In this document: piece after piece, positions 8,619-20,700 of the stretch | Layout: each line of letters opens with the position of its first letter | How positions within the stretch are numbered: position 1 is the stretch's first letter | Origin: an uncultured virus (IMG/VR IMGVR_UViG_3300020469_003958) | Lineage: Duplodnaviria > Heunggongvirae > Uroviricota > Caudoviricetes | Length of the DNA: 64,000 bases | Direction: 5' to 3' (one strand) | Virus record (IMG/VR): IMGVR_UViG_3300020469_003958 | Translations under genes and position numbers: made by a program | Notes under the pieces: model-generated | Database searches by the model: none | What the model was told of the DNA's origin: nothing | What the model saw: the letters and a program-made list of their open reading frames with translations, nothing else

Positions 8619-10792
8619 CTTTTATTTGTATTATCTAATAATGATAATCCTTCAGCTTGTTTTGAAAAAGGATAGTTTGTTGTGTATCTTAATCTTTTGT
8701 GATGATAGAATACATGATTGTACCATAAATCAGCTACATCCCATTCACAATCTTCAATCCTATCCATATACCATTGTTTATCTCTATTTGGTATTAAATA
8801 AGCATGAGCCCAATCTTGATTGTAATCAGTTTTTCTAAATGTTTCATCAACTTCCCATCTAGTCCAAGATGGATTATCTCCAAAACTAATAAATGGAACA
8901 TCATCTTTTTCTGAGATAAAACATGCTTTGTTAACTACATCTACAAAATCTATTAGATTAGAATAAATAAACGCATCTGCCTCAAATATCAAAGTATAAT
9001 CGTAATTATCGGTATCTATTTCTTTTAATGCATTTATATGAGCTAAATAACAACCATAATGTCTGCCTGTAATGTTTCCTATACCTTGCTCACCTTTATA
9101 GATTGGAGTATCGGATATATCATCAGGTCTCCTACAAAACTCTGAAGGTGGTGTTCCATTATACACTTCATTAACCATAGGTTTGTAATCAAATCCCCAA
9201 CGTTGAAGTTGTTTTAGTGATTTCTCACTAATTCTCTCTCTAATATCACTTGGGTTTGTCATCATATGGATAATTTGAATACGAGGTCTTTTTCTATACC
9301 AAACCCAACCCTCTTTTGTTTCTACTTGTCCATAAAAATATTCATCAACTGCTTTAGTTAATCCCTCAAACAAATTAGTTCCAAAATCATCTCCACCAAT
9401 TATACCACCTGGTTTAACTTTATAAAACCAATTGTTTATATCATTTTTAACATCATCATATTCATGTCCAGCATCAACCATTATGAAATCTTGTGAATTG
9501 TTTAGGAAAAGATTTTTAGCATTATCTGATGTATCCTTTATTATTTGTATATCATCGAAGTTATTTGATATAATTGAATTATTAGAAAACTCAGTATATA
9601 AATCATTATCAAATGGTTTTAACATTGTTCTATGTAATAAGTTATCATATCCAACCGAACCCTTAAATGTATCAATAGCAGTAAATCTTACATTCTTATT
9701 TGTTTCTTTTAGTTTAGTTGCAAAATAGTTAGTTGATTTTCCCATCCAAGAACCAAGCTCTATTACGTTTGAATTATTTGGTAATTTTTCAATTACTTCA
9801 TCATATAATTTTTGATAAGAGAACCAACCAGGAATTTCATTGAACTCTGGTTGTAAGGTTTCTAATAATAAATTTTTTGTTTTATGAATATCATCATCGA
9901 TATAAGTTACCAAATCAGTATTATCATATGTATCTAAAAATGTATGTAATCTTCTAAATATAGATGGTAAGCCGTATGAAAGGGCTTCTTTGATTGAAAG
10001 TGGATTAAGTTCTAATGTTGAACTAAAGTAAAATAAATCAGATGCTTTATAGAATTTATCAGTATCATTTCGTTCACCCCATACAACACAATTTTTAGGT
10101 TTGAAATCCATAAGTGGTTTCCAATAATCTTCAAAATTAATTGCTTGATTTCCTACAAAGTGAAATTTAATTTTATACTTCTCTAATAATCTAGCTACAT
10201 CAAATATTTCACTTTGGTTTTTACCAACTGAAAATAAACCAACCATAAGAACATGTTTCCAATCTTTTTCAAAACCTAGTTCTTCTTTGGCTTTATCTTT
10301 ATCATATTTAAAATCTTCAATAGGATATTGCCAAACTTTAGTATCTATTCCCAAATGTTCGAATCTTTGTCTACTCCACTCTGATACTAAAATGTATCTA
10401 TCTGGATGATATTTAATTTTATCCGGATTTGTAAAAGAACCATGTGTTGAACAAACTATATCAAACTTTCTCTTTTTGTTTCCAAAAATTTTATCTAATG
10501 TTGAATGGTCTATGAAATGTTCTGGTATTTCAGTAAAATGAATAATATCGGGCTTTATATCATCTATAAGCTTTATAAATGAATTTCCTTTATCTTCATA
10601 TAAAGTATGAAGAGTTACTAAATCACCGATTTGATTTTTTTGAACTACAAATACACCACCACTATGGTCATTGTATTCTACAACTTGAATATCAAACTCA
10701 TTATTAAAAGTTTGTATTTGTTTAAGAAGATATTGTGGCATTCCACCCGTTGAAAGATGAGATGCTACATAAAGTAGTTTTTTCTTTACCAT
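8609..10792 (-). CDS. Fusion: GT4-like glycosyltransferase + class I SAM methyltransferase + GT25-like domain
   Basis: HLSTGGMPQ..KNQ..ELNPLSIKEAL (GT-B); IELGSWMGKS..VDAGHEY..KPGGIIGGDD (MTase); GCYLAH..LIFEADA (GT25-like). Confidence 0.8.
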   Translation of the reverse strand: MVKKKLLYVASHLSTGGMPQYLLKQIQTFNNEFDIQVVEYNDHSGGVFVVQKNQIGDLVTLHTLYEDKGNSFIKLIDDIKPDIIHFTEIPEHFIDHSTLDKIFGNKKRKFDIVCSTHGSFTNPDKIKYHPDRYILVSEWSRQRFEHLGIDTKVWQYPIEDFKYDKDKAKEELGFEKDWKHVLMVGLFSVGKNQSEIFDVARLLEKYKIKFHFVGNQAINFEDYWKPLMDFKPKNCVVWGERNDTDKFYKASDLFYFSSTLELNPLSIKEALSYGLPSIFRRLHTFLDTYDNTDLVTYIDDDIHKTKNLLLETLQPEFNEIPGWFSYQKLYDEVIEKLPNNSNVIELGSWMGKSTNYFATKLKETNKNVRFTAIDTFKGSVGYDNLLHRTMLKPFDNDLYTEFSNNSIISNNFDDIQIIKDTSDNAKNLFLNNSQDFIMVDAGHEYDDVKNDINNWFYKVKPGGIIGGDDFGTNLFEGLTKAVDEYFYGQVETKEGWVWYRKRPRIQIIHMMTNPSDIRERISEKSLKQLQRWGFDYKPMVNEVYNGTPPSEFCRRPDDISDTPIYKGEQGIGNITGRHYGCYLAHINALKEIDTDNYDYTLIFEADAFIYSNLIDFVDVVNKACFISEKDDVPFISFGDNPSWTRWEVDETFRKTDYNQDWAHAYLIPNRDKQWYMDRIEDCEWDVADLWYNHVFYHHKRLRYTTNYPFSKQAEGLSLLDNTNKSWK

Positions 10793-10826
10793 AACCTATT
10801 TAGATGCTTAGATGCACTTTACAATG

Positions 10827-10858
10827 TAAAGATACGAAAATAATTTTAATTATCCAAA
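10827..10858 (-). promoter_or_regulatory. Bacteroidota housekeeping-sigma-type promoter upstream of the glycosylation cassette
   Basis: TTTG-N20-TATCTTTA on - strand. Confidence 0.7.
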
Positions 10859-11137
10859 TTATTCTTCAACAGTTATCGTACCTTTATCTAGGTCAATCTG
10901 TCCATTCTTGTACTTTTTATCTAATTCTCCCAATTTTTCTTCTAATTCGTATATGTACTTATCATTCATTGCTCCGTACTTTTCCTCATTATCAGAAATC
11001 TCATTTAGTTTTTTATTGAGAGCTCTTTTCTGAACAGCCATTTGTCCTAAAAAGATTACAATCTTATCAGTTTCATCTCTAAGGAATTTTAATCTTTCTA
11101 AAATTTCCTTATCTAAGTTTTCTGTTTTTTGTGCCAT
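10859..11137 (-). CDS. Coiled-coil hypothetical protein, paralog of 5886..6290
   Basis: YKNGQIDLDKGTIT motif. Confidence 0.7.
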   Translation of the reverse strand: MAQKTENLDKEILERLKFLRDETDKIVIFLGQMAVQKRALNKKLNEISDNEEKYGAMNDKYIYELEEKLGELDKKYKNGQIDLDKGTITVEE

Positions 11138-11191
11138 TGTATTTCTTTGTTTATATATAAGTATATATAAGTTTTGTTTTACGAAAAATTA

Positions 11192-11458
11192 TTACCAATT
11201 TGGTGGTGTATCTAAAGATGATGTAGGCCAGTATGCTTTTAACTCATCAAGTGTTGAAAATGAATCTAAAGTAATGGTAGATGGAAAATTTCTTAAAGTA
11301 TTTTTTTGTAAAGTTATAGAATGTTGAGTATCCGTATCATACGTTTCTAATGCACGCATAAATTCTATATCCAATTGTTTGAATTTTCGTTCTCTATGTT
11401 CACGAAAAACTTTTAAAAAGTTTTCCAATGCTTTTGTTTTATCTAATGACCAACTCAT
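11192..11458 (-). CDS. Putative tail fibre assembly chaperone
   Basis: LDIEFMRALE..K..LR.FP..TLDELKAYWP pattern; downstream of giant fibre gene. Confidence 0.55.
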   Translation of the reverse strand: MSWSLDKTKALENFLKVFREHRERKFKQLDIEFMRALETYDTDTQHSITLQKNTLRNFPSTITLDSFSTLDELKAYWPTSSLDTPPNW

Positions 11459-11748
11459 AATGATGTATTTTCTGTTAAAAACTCATCCCAACTTTGAGTA
11501 AATGAATTTTGTAAACCAATACCATCATTGTTGGTGTAATCCCAAGCATAATTATCAAAATCAGGTGGGAATTGGGATTCTGATATTATTTGGTATCTAC
11601 AATTTTCAGAAACTGATTTTTTAGCACACCAATTAATTCTATTTCTATAAACATCATTTGATTCACTTACTTTTTGTTCGGTAATTGAACCAATTCCCGT
11701 ATCAGAAAGTGATTGTGAAGTTTCAAATATAAAATACAACTTATCCAT
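11455..11748 (-). CDS. Hypothetical tail-fibre-associated protein
   Basis: Directly follows fibre gene; 4-nt overlap with next gene. Confidence 0.55.
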   Translation of the reverse strand: MDKLYFIFETSQSLSDTGIGSITEQKVSESNDVYRNRINWCAKKSVSENCRYQIISESQFPPDFDNYAWDYTNNDGIGLQNSFTQSWDEFLTENTSL

Positions 11749-11765
11749 AATTTTTCTTTTAATTA

Positions 11766-14700
11766 TTAATCTGAGAATAAAACAAAATATACAATATTTG
11801 GGTCTCTATCCTGGTCTCCGTTATTATCTTTAACATTTATTTCAACATTAGAAGTTTTTACCTTTACACCAGTATTAAAAGAGAACTCATTATCTCCCAA
11901 ATTTGTTCCAGGTCCATTATCAGTACTACCATTTCTACCATATCCATTTGCAAATCCCAATCCACTTGATAAACTAAAACCAGTTGTACTAGTAAGTGTT
12001 ACCGTAAATTCTCCCTTTGATGCCCTAGTTACACTCGAAACATTATGGTCATTGTAAGGTCCTTCAATATTTCCAGATGTACTTACACCAAAATAACATG
12101 CTGCAACTAATTGCATTGTACCAATTGGAGTTCCATTTAATTCTCGCATCCACCCCTCTCTAAAATAGTTAGAGCTGGCACCTAAGTTCCATCCAGATGT
12201 ATCTCCATATGCAGCGTGAGGTGTAGGTTTAATATTACCAGCTATTGAAAGAGCCATTTTATCATTAGTGCTTGTACCACCTGATATTTGATTTCTTGAT
12301 TCTATTTTTATAGCACCATCAACTACTTCTACTAATTCAACTTCAGTTGCATCTTGGTCTCTTCTATGTAGTCTAGTGAATCTACCTGTACCAGATACTA
12401 CTTGTATTCCCGCAGGAAGTATTTCAATAAAATTATTATTTTTTTGAATACTAATAGTATCTTGGTATGGAACAACAGTACTTTTGCTTCCATTGTTTAA
12501 ATAACCCTTTGCACTGGTGTTATCTGAATCAAAGACAAAATTGGATACACCATAAGTTGTAGTTGTAGTTGCACTAGAATTAGCAGATACTGTTACACTT
12601 GTAGATGCTCTTGACCTAAGATTAATTCTAAATCTAACTTTATAATTACCAGTATTAGGTATTTCTACATCGAAATTGCTAGTACCTCCAGCTACAGTAC
12701 GAAGTCCTTGATTTGACTGACCATAACTGAAATTTTGCTGATTCCATGATAAAGAACCAAATACGTTGTGAGAAATAATATTATTTGAAATATAGTTTAC
12801 ATAGTTTGGTACAGTAAAAGTTATTACCTCTTCTTCTTTTTCAATTTTTCTAATATTAGTTATAGCAACTTTCTTTTTAGAATCACCATCCTTAACCCAC
12901 AATTTTAAATGATCTTGTGTCATTGGATTGCCAGCTAATTTATATTTATATAATTCTGATACTATTATTTGACCTGAATTTTTTTGATTACCAAACAACC
13001 AAAATTTATGAGAATCTGATACTTCAATTTCGTTACCATCAATAGTTACTTTATAAATTTCACTTACATTTGATTTTTTAATCTTAGATATTCTTGCCGA
13101 TACCCACTTATCAGTATCACTATCCCATGCTAAAATTTTATCATCTAAAGTAATATCTTTTGCTAACTTTGTATTACCATCTTCTAAAGTAATTTCAGTA
13201 GTACCAACTACGGAATTAATTCCCCCACCACCACTACTTGAGGCTTGCCAAAAATAGAATGCTTCGTTAGCTCCATATACATTTAAAGCGCTTAAATATT
13301 TGGTAGCTACTAATGTACTTGTATCATCATTCCATAATTCCAAATACTGATATATTGCTCTAGACCCATATGAATTTCCACCGAAAATTTGATTTCCACC
13401 ATGAACTTGGCCTTCAACTGATGGTGAATAATTTGGTGATGGTGAATTAAATTCTCCTTCAACAATACCAGTAGCATCTAAATGCAATGATGGATAATCA
13501 ATATCAGTAAGTAAAACTGGTCCTGCATCTAATGCCACATTGGCTGAGAAAATTGAATTTTGGTCCTCACTAGCATTTTCTAAAAAACCATATTGACTAG
13601 TAGTACTAATTCCAATCACATTTTTATAAAAATGCTGTGAGGTCGATTGTGCAAATGTAAATGTACCGCCACCAGCATCAGTCTCTGTAAATGCATCTTG
13701 GCTTCCAATTGTTACTCTTTCAGTATATTCAGGAACACCATCATATGCAAAACCATCATTATAGATATAGGTTCTATTACCCATACCAACGTGGTTTTCA
13801 CAATAGTACCAAAATTCCATTGAGGATGGGTCTCCAACTAATCCGTTACCACCAGCCCACGGAGATTCCATACTAGCAGATGGAATAATTTGAATATATG
13901 CACCAGCATTACCAGGATCAGCACTACTTGTTATAATTAAGAAAGGTTGCTGATATTCAGATGTAGTCAATGTTGTTGATTTATTGTATCTTCCACCATA
14001 TGTACCTATTCCATTTTCCCTCATTGAAAAACTAAATTCATGAGTATCCAATGATGAATCTGATAAATCAAAGTAGTATCCTCTATTTTGAACTGTACCA
14101 CCAGTACCAGTATCTCCATATGCACTTCTTTCCAAATAAATTACTGGTGCCTCTTCTGCACCATCACCATAATCTATATAAAATTTACTATTTTGAACTG
14201 TAACTGAGGATGTTGCTGGATAATCTAAACTTTGAGTAACAAGAGATGCACTATAAATTTGGATTTCCCCTACGTTAGGGTCAAATCGTATTTCACCATC
14301 ATCATCTTGCAAGATACCACCAGTTCCATCAATTGGGTTACCATTAGAATCTAACTCACGTGGTGTAATTACCCACTGTCCTATGTTACCATCATTAGCA
14401 TCTATTGTTCCTTTTATAAATGCATCAACTGCATTTACAATACCATCTTTAGTAACGGTGAAATTATATGAACGATTATCAACTTCAGTATATTGTGTAG
14501 TTAAATCATATCCTATTTGAAGACCGGGTCCTCTTATTATTGAATTTGAACCTGTACCTAACAGTGCTGCATTTGATAATGCAATTACACCATCATTATA
14601 TATCATAAAATCTGAACCACTTACCAGTGATAATACAGGCGCAGCTGAGCCACTTGGGTATCCTATGAAGATACCATCTTCTTCAAATGATTGAGTTGCC

Positions 14701-17700
14701 TGTCCAATTGAAATAAATGGAGAAGCACTACCATTTTCAGTATCAGCGTTAAGTGATATAACAGGTTTATTATTTTCACCCGTACCAACATTTATTGTTC
14801 TATTAGCATAAACATCTTCAGCAAAAAGGATATCAGTTGCAACTGAAGTAAATTGTGCTCCAAATATTGCGAATGCATCATCACCATCTAATTGTAATCC
14901 ACCACCACCATTCATAGGTACTAAGTTTGATGCAGCACCTAAAGAAGTCCAAAGAGAGCTTGCTTGTGGGTTTGTTGTTCTTGATTGTCCAGTTATTGAA
15001 CTATTAGCCACATAATATGTATTATCAGAACCATTTGTACCTACTGGGTTAAATATGATATCATTTATAGCATAATCTTGTGTGTTTGCAACCCAATCTC
15101 CTCTATGATAGTGTTCTATTTCCGTAGTATAAAACCTATCCCCGCTTCCATCATTATATTTAACTACATATTTTAAATCACCAGAAAGATATTCGGTTGG
15201 ATTATTATAAGTGTTATTTGTACCAACTTTCCAAGCCCCAGCATATACAATACCAGATGCATCCCCATCAGCACCATCTGTACCATCTTTTACTTTGGTT
15301 AAAGTTTGTGTTGTTGTTGCTGTAAACGCATCTCCTAAAAGTCTTATACCTGAAATATTATAAGTTATGGTAACTGTATCTTCATTGTTATCCATAGAAG
15401 TAAAATCAGCAACCGTTGCAGTAGTTGTACCACCACCACCAAAAGATGGTGTATTCATAGTAGATGCTGGACTTTGAGTAGCCGTAATTGTATATACACC
15501 TGTACCAGCTCCAATTGAGGATACTTTTGTTAGTGCAGTTACACCTTCAAATACTCGTATCTCCGTACCACTATTAGTATATGATGAAACCACACCAGCA
15601 GATGAAGCTGGTAATGAGTGTGCTTGGTTTGTATTAATTACAGTAATTCCATCAACACCATCTGCTCCATCAGATATAATATAGAATGTTTCGTTTATTG
15701 TGGTTGTTTGAGAAGTAGCAGGGTCAGTAAATACTGCAGTTACTACAACATCTTTAGTATCGGTATAATTTGTATCTCCAAGAGTCATTGAAGTACCATC
15801 CCCATCATCGGCTGTAATTGTAATTTGAGATGCACCCGTTGCAGTACCTATTTTCATTTGGTCTACTGTACCACTCCAATTTGGTGTTATTGTTACGTTC
15901 TTTGTATATTCAGTTCCAGACGTATCATAGAAAGATGCCTGAACAGTTAATGTAGTTGGAGTATAGATATTAGTTATCGAGTCTCTTGATGTTTTTAAGT
16001 TTGATGCGATAAATGAACCACCACCTAATCCATCGGTTACATCCAATAATGTTATTGAATCTAATACCTGTGGAGTTGGGGTACTGCCATCTTTTAGTAA
16101 AAGTGTTTTAGTTCCATTAATGAAGTCTTTGTCAATGGTTGGATTATAAACTACACCATTACCAGCATCAGTAACACCAGTTTGTACAGCAAGTAATGTA
16201 TTACCATCATAAATTCGTGCATCAGTACCAGATGTTATATTAGCTACTCCATTTAAATCTGCTTTTTGAACTTGTAGTGTAATATTACCACTACTATTTT
16301 TTATTTGAGTACCACCAGCAGTTGGAGTAATAAAGAAATTTGGCTCAGTATCCGAACCTGGTTTAACACCAAATATGTTAATTACATCACTAATTAGTTC
16401 GGTTTGGTCTTGTCCACTTAATCCACCATCAGCTACACCAACTCTAAATTGAAGAGGCATATCTGATATTGTTGTTCCACTTAAATCAATACTACTTACA
16501 ATATCATTGTTAGTATCAGAACCATCAGTAAATGTAGTTTCATCAGTAAAGTTAGTACCACCACCAGTAAATTTAAAATAAGGGTCTATGAAGTTAGATG
16601 ATGATGCAAATACGTTAATTGAAGATGGTGATGGATTGTTACCATTTTGGTCATATGCAATTACAAAAGTATTAGCTGATAATGAAACAGTCTTACCAGT
16701 TCCAGATGCAGCAGTCCAAGGACCTACTGCTGGAGGTCCATCGGTAGCATCACCACTTACATCAGATGTATGTGCTGAATTTGCTGTCCAACTTTGTCCG
16801 TTATAGATAACCAAATCATCAGCGGCATAAACTGTAGCAGTAGCCCATATACCTCTTAATGTTGGTTCTGTAGCACCAGCAGATGTTTGTCTTATGGAAC
16901 CTCTAATTGTTAAAGTTTCACCATCCCATTTTAATTGGTTATAACTTCCACCATTATTTGTACCCGTTAGTGAAAGTATCCCAGATGTACTATTGGTTCC
17001 AGCACCTGCTCCACCCATATCATTGGTTACTCCTAAGAATGCACCCGGCTGTCCGAATCCTTGAGTACCAGTTTGTCCAACCGCTATGTAAGGTTCATCC
17101 GTTCCACCAACAATTGCTATATTTGCGTTAACGTTTCCAGGAGGTGGTTCACCAACATTGATTGTATTTTTTACAAATGATTCTTCGAAGATTGCTAACT
17201 TAGCAGCAACGAAGAAATCTTGTTGACCTAAATATTGCCATCCCCCAGCATCAATATCACCTTCTTGAGTTGCAGGTGGTCCAGCAGAGTAAACAGGTTG
17301 AGCAGTATAAATACCATCATCATTACCCAATCCATCAGATTCTTCAGTATATTCTGATTTGTTTATTAATTCTTCAGTAGTTGCCCAATAGTGAACCTCA
17401 TCACTAATTTCTCTAAATACAGCATCTCTTCTTTTTTGAGTTAAATCGAATATATATGCTATTTCCTCATCCCATTCACCCCTCACAACAATACCAGGTC
17501 CAGTTGCTCCTTCAAAAACAGTTGAGAATGATTGTTGTACAAATTGTTCACCCCTACCATTTTCAAAATCAATTTTAAATACAATAAATCCTTGTGTATT
17601 TTGTTGAGGTGAATTCCAATTAGTTACAGCAGATGAACTAGCATATAATTCACCAGAAGAAGATACTATTTCTTTTGAATCTCTTAAAGTACCTTGTGTT

Positions 17701-20700
17701 AAAAATGATGATATCTCATGTATAGATGCTGAAAATTGTCCGAATGTACCTATTGGTAAAAATGTTACTGGGTCAACTGCTTGTTCATTATATTGTTCAA
17801 CATATTGTAATTCCGTTCCACCTTTGTATGCTCTGAGTAAAGTTCCAGCATTATCAAAATAAGTTGTACCATCAACTTCAACAGTTACTGAAGATGCTGG
17901 ATTTGATAATACTACTGAGTATGCAGCTGAACCTTCTGCTATACCAGATAGAGTTACACTATCAGTATCCACTATTGTTCCAGCAGAGTTACCATCTCTT
18001 AATTCAACTGTAAATGTTTTTGTTGAACCAGTAGCTGGTAAATCACCAACAGTTGCTGTATTATTTGTAGATGATGCCTGTACCGTAGAACCATCAACAT
18101 TTAAGAATTTAAAGAAAGCAGAACCAGTTACATTTATTGCGGTTGCTGATAATACAATATCACCCGAAGGTGCTACTTTAACACCATCACCATCATAAAT
18201 AACAGTATCACTACTAGCTACTAAACTAACCTTTCTTGCAGCAGTTCCATCATTTACTTTTGAAAATGTTTGTGTTTTTGAAACTATTCTCGGAACACCA
18301 GCTACACCAGCAGTCAATGAATAAGGATAAACCTTAAAGTTATATGTAATACTAGCAGATGGTTGGTTGTTTGCCAATCCACCAAATCCTTTAAAGTGTA
18401 ATACTTCTCCACCAGATGAAGATATACTACCAGATACACTTAAATCTCTAAATGAAGATGATAGTTCACTAAATTCTATGTTTGATGCTGATATGGATGC
18501 AGTTACGAATGTACCTGGTCTACCACCATCGTATTCATCATAGAAGAAGAACTCATCGTCTTGTTTTATAAATACTTCAGTTGTTGCGCTTGAATAATCA
18601 GAAACAAATCCTATTTCATCTGCATTTAATGCGTTAGCAATTGGGTCTAATGTTACTTCAATTGGACCACCACCATCTACTATCTTTGTAAACTTTTGTA
18701 TTTTACTTGCAGTTACTAATGATGCAGTAAAGTATGGAAATATATTAAAATCAAATTGTACACTTGCACTTAGTGCTGACATTGTTTCGAATCCAGACAA
18801 ACTCATTGTTGTTGTTGAATCACCAACTAAGGTTTCGAAAACTATATTAGTAGGTACAACCGATGTTGTTGTAAATGTACCAGGATTACCACTACCAGTA
18901 TTTATTAAAAATAAATCACCTTGTGTTATTTGTACATCGGTATCAGCTAATCCATAGTTGTAAACATCACCTTTATGATTTGAACCCAATGCTATTGGAT
19001 TTGGGTCTATATCAATAACAATAGAATCTTGACCAGGTAAACCATCAGGCGTAATAAAGAATGTTTTATTTGCAGTTACAGATGCTGAAGTAATTGGTTC
19101 AGTATATGTAAATTCAAAGTTTAATTGTTTTGTTTGAGTAGCAGTATAATATGGAACACTATCTCCAGGTACACCACTATCTATTGAATCACCAACAACA
19201 TTAGTAACAGCTACTGTTATTGTATCATCAAATGCACCAGTATCATAAAATACAAATAACTCAGGTAGTTCAGTTAAAGGTTGAATCGATGCCGATGGTT
19301 TTACAACCAAACTAGCAGTTAACGGATTCAACGTACTACCTCTTTGTTGGAATGATGATGTTACAATTATCTGAGTCGGGTCAAATGAGAATGCTTCTCT
19401 TGGTTTATACTTTATATTAAATTGGTCTGCGGTTGAGGTTACCAAACCAGGATTCAAACCATCTTTTAAATCAGTTAGAATTTCAGATGTTAAAATAGAT
19501 TCGGTTGTTGGTCCATCCATAAGATAAACTGTCAACTCATTATCAATTGCATCTCTATCAAAGATAGCATTATAATCAATTTCACCACTACCAGTTTCAC
19601 CAGCGGTTACACCTTCTAAGAAATCAGGATTTGTGATTGCTTGTGAAAGTGATACATATGTATTTACTTCAGTTAATCCATCTAATGAAGATGAAAGTAC
19701 ATGAAGTTTAGCTTCAGAAAAATCTTTTTCTAATCCACTTCTTAAATTTATACGATTTATACCATCAACCCTTACTGCTTGAATCTCTAATGTTTTTGAT
19801 TCTTTGTTTTTAATTTGTAATCCTCTAAATGGTACTATCTCAAAACTAACTCCACCTTTACCATCTTCAACTCTACTAATTATGAAGGTATCAGAAACAC
19901 CTTCTATGGCACCAGTATATCTAATAAATTGTACTGAGATATCATCTCTTGAACCTGTGAAATCTTCTACTCTCAAAAATGGTTCTCTACCACCATCTAC
20001 ATCCCAATTAGTTAAGTAACCAGGATAAATACCACCAACATATTGTGATGATGATAATAAGTTACCAAATGAATCAAACGCACCAGATGTATAAGTTATA
20101 GAACCAGTTACCAATGTAGTCTCAACATCAATTGCTATTGTTAGAGGTGGTACTGCGTTAGCTGGATTTGATGCTGAATCAAATGAGAAATATAAATTAT
20201 CAGGTGTAATTTCTATATCCTTTTCAAATAAGTTTGTGTTACCACCACTAAATGTTTTTGTATCTTCAACTCTAACAGGAATAAAATTATTATTGATATC
20301 ATAAAATTCAAATCGATAATCAAATGTTTCGGTTACTAAGAATTTTGGTACTTGTTGAACGAATGTAATTTCATCAGGCGAAAATGAAGTTTCTTGAGAT
20401 GCTTTTAAACTAACATTGTTTACATACCAATCACTACCACTTACTTCAAAGTATAATCGTGCAGAATCAAAAGTATCTGCTATAATATTTTCATTGATAT
20501 TTGTTTTTTGTAAAATACCATTTGATGAATTAATTGTTGTTATTGTTTGTGATGTTGGTGTACTACCATTAGAACCACTTAAAAATACTTTTAAATAATC
20601 ACCAGAAGTATTTTCTCCTTTTCTTACATTAAAATCTAAAGTATATTCTACACCATTCTGAATTGAAAAACTTTCAGTAGTAAAGAAAAAGTTATCAGGT

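Noticed and set aside
6341..10792. Bacterial LPS locus contaminating the contig
   Set aside because: Same strand, composition and promoter style as flanking phage genes, and bracketed by paralogous phage genes
12765..13214. Canonical mobile intein
   Set aside because: No endonuclease and +1 residue is Val; kept as a Hint domain instead
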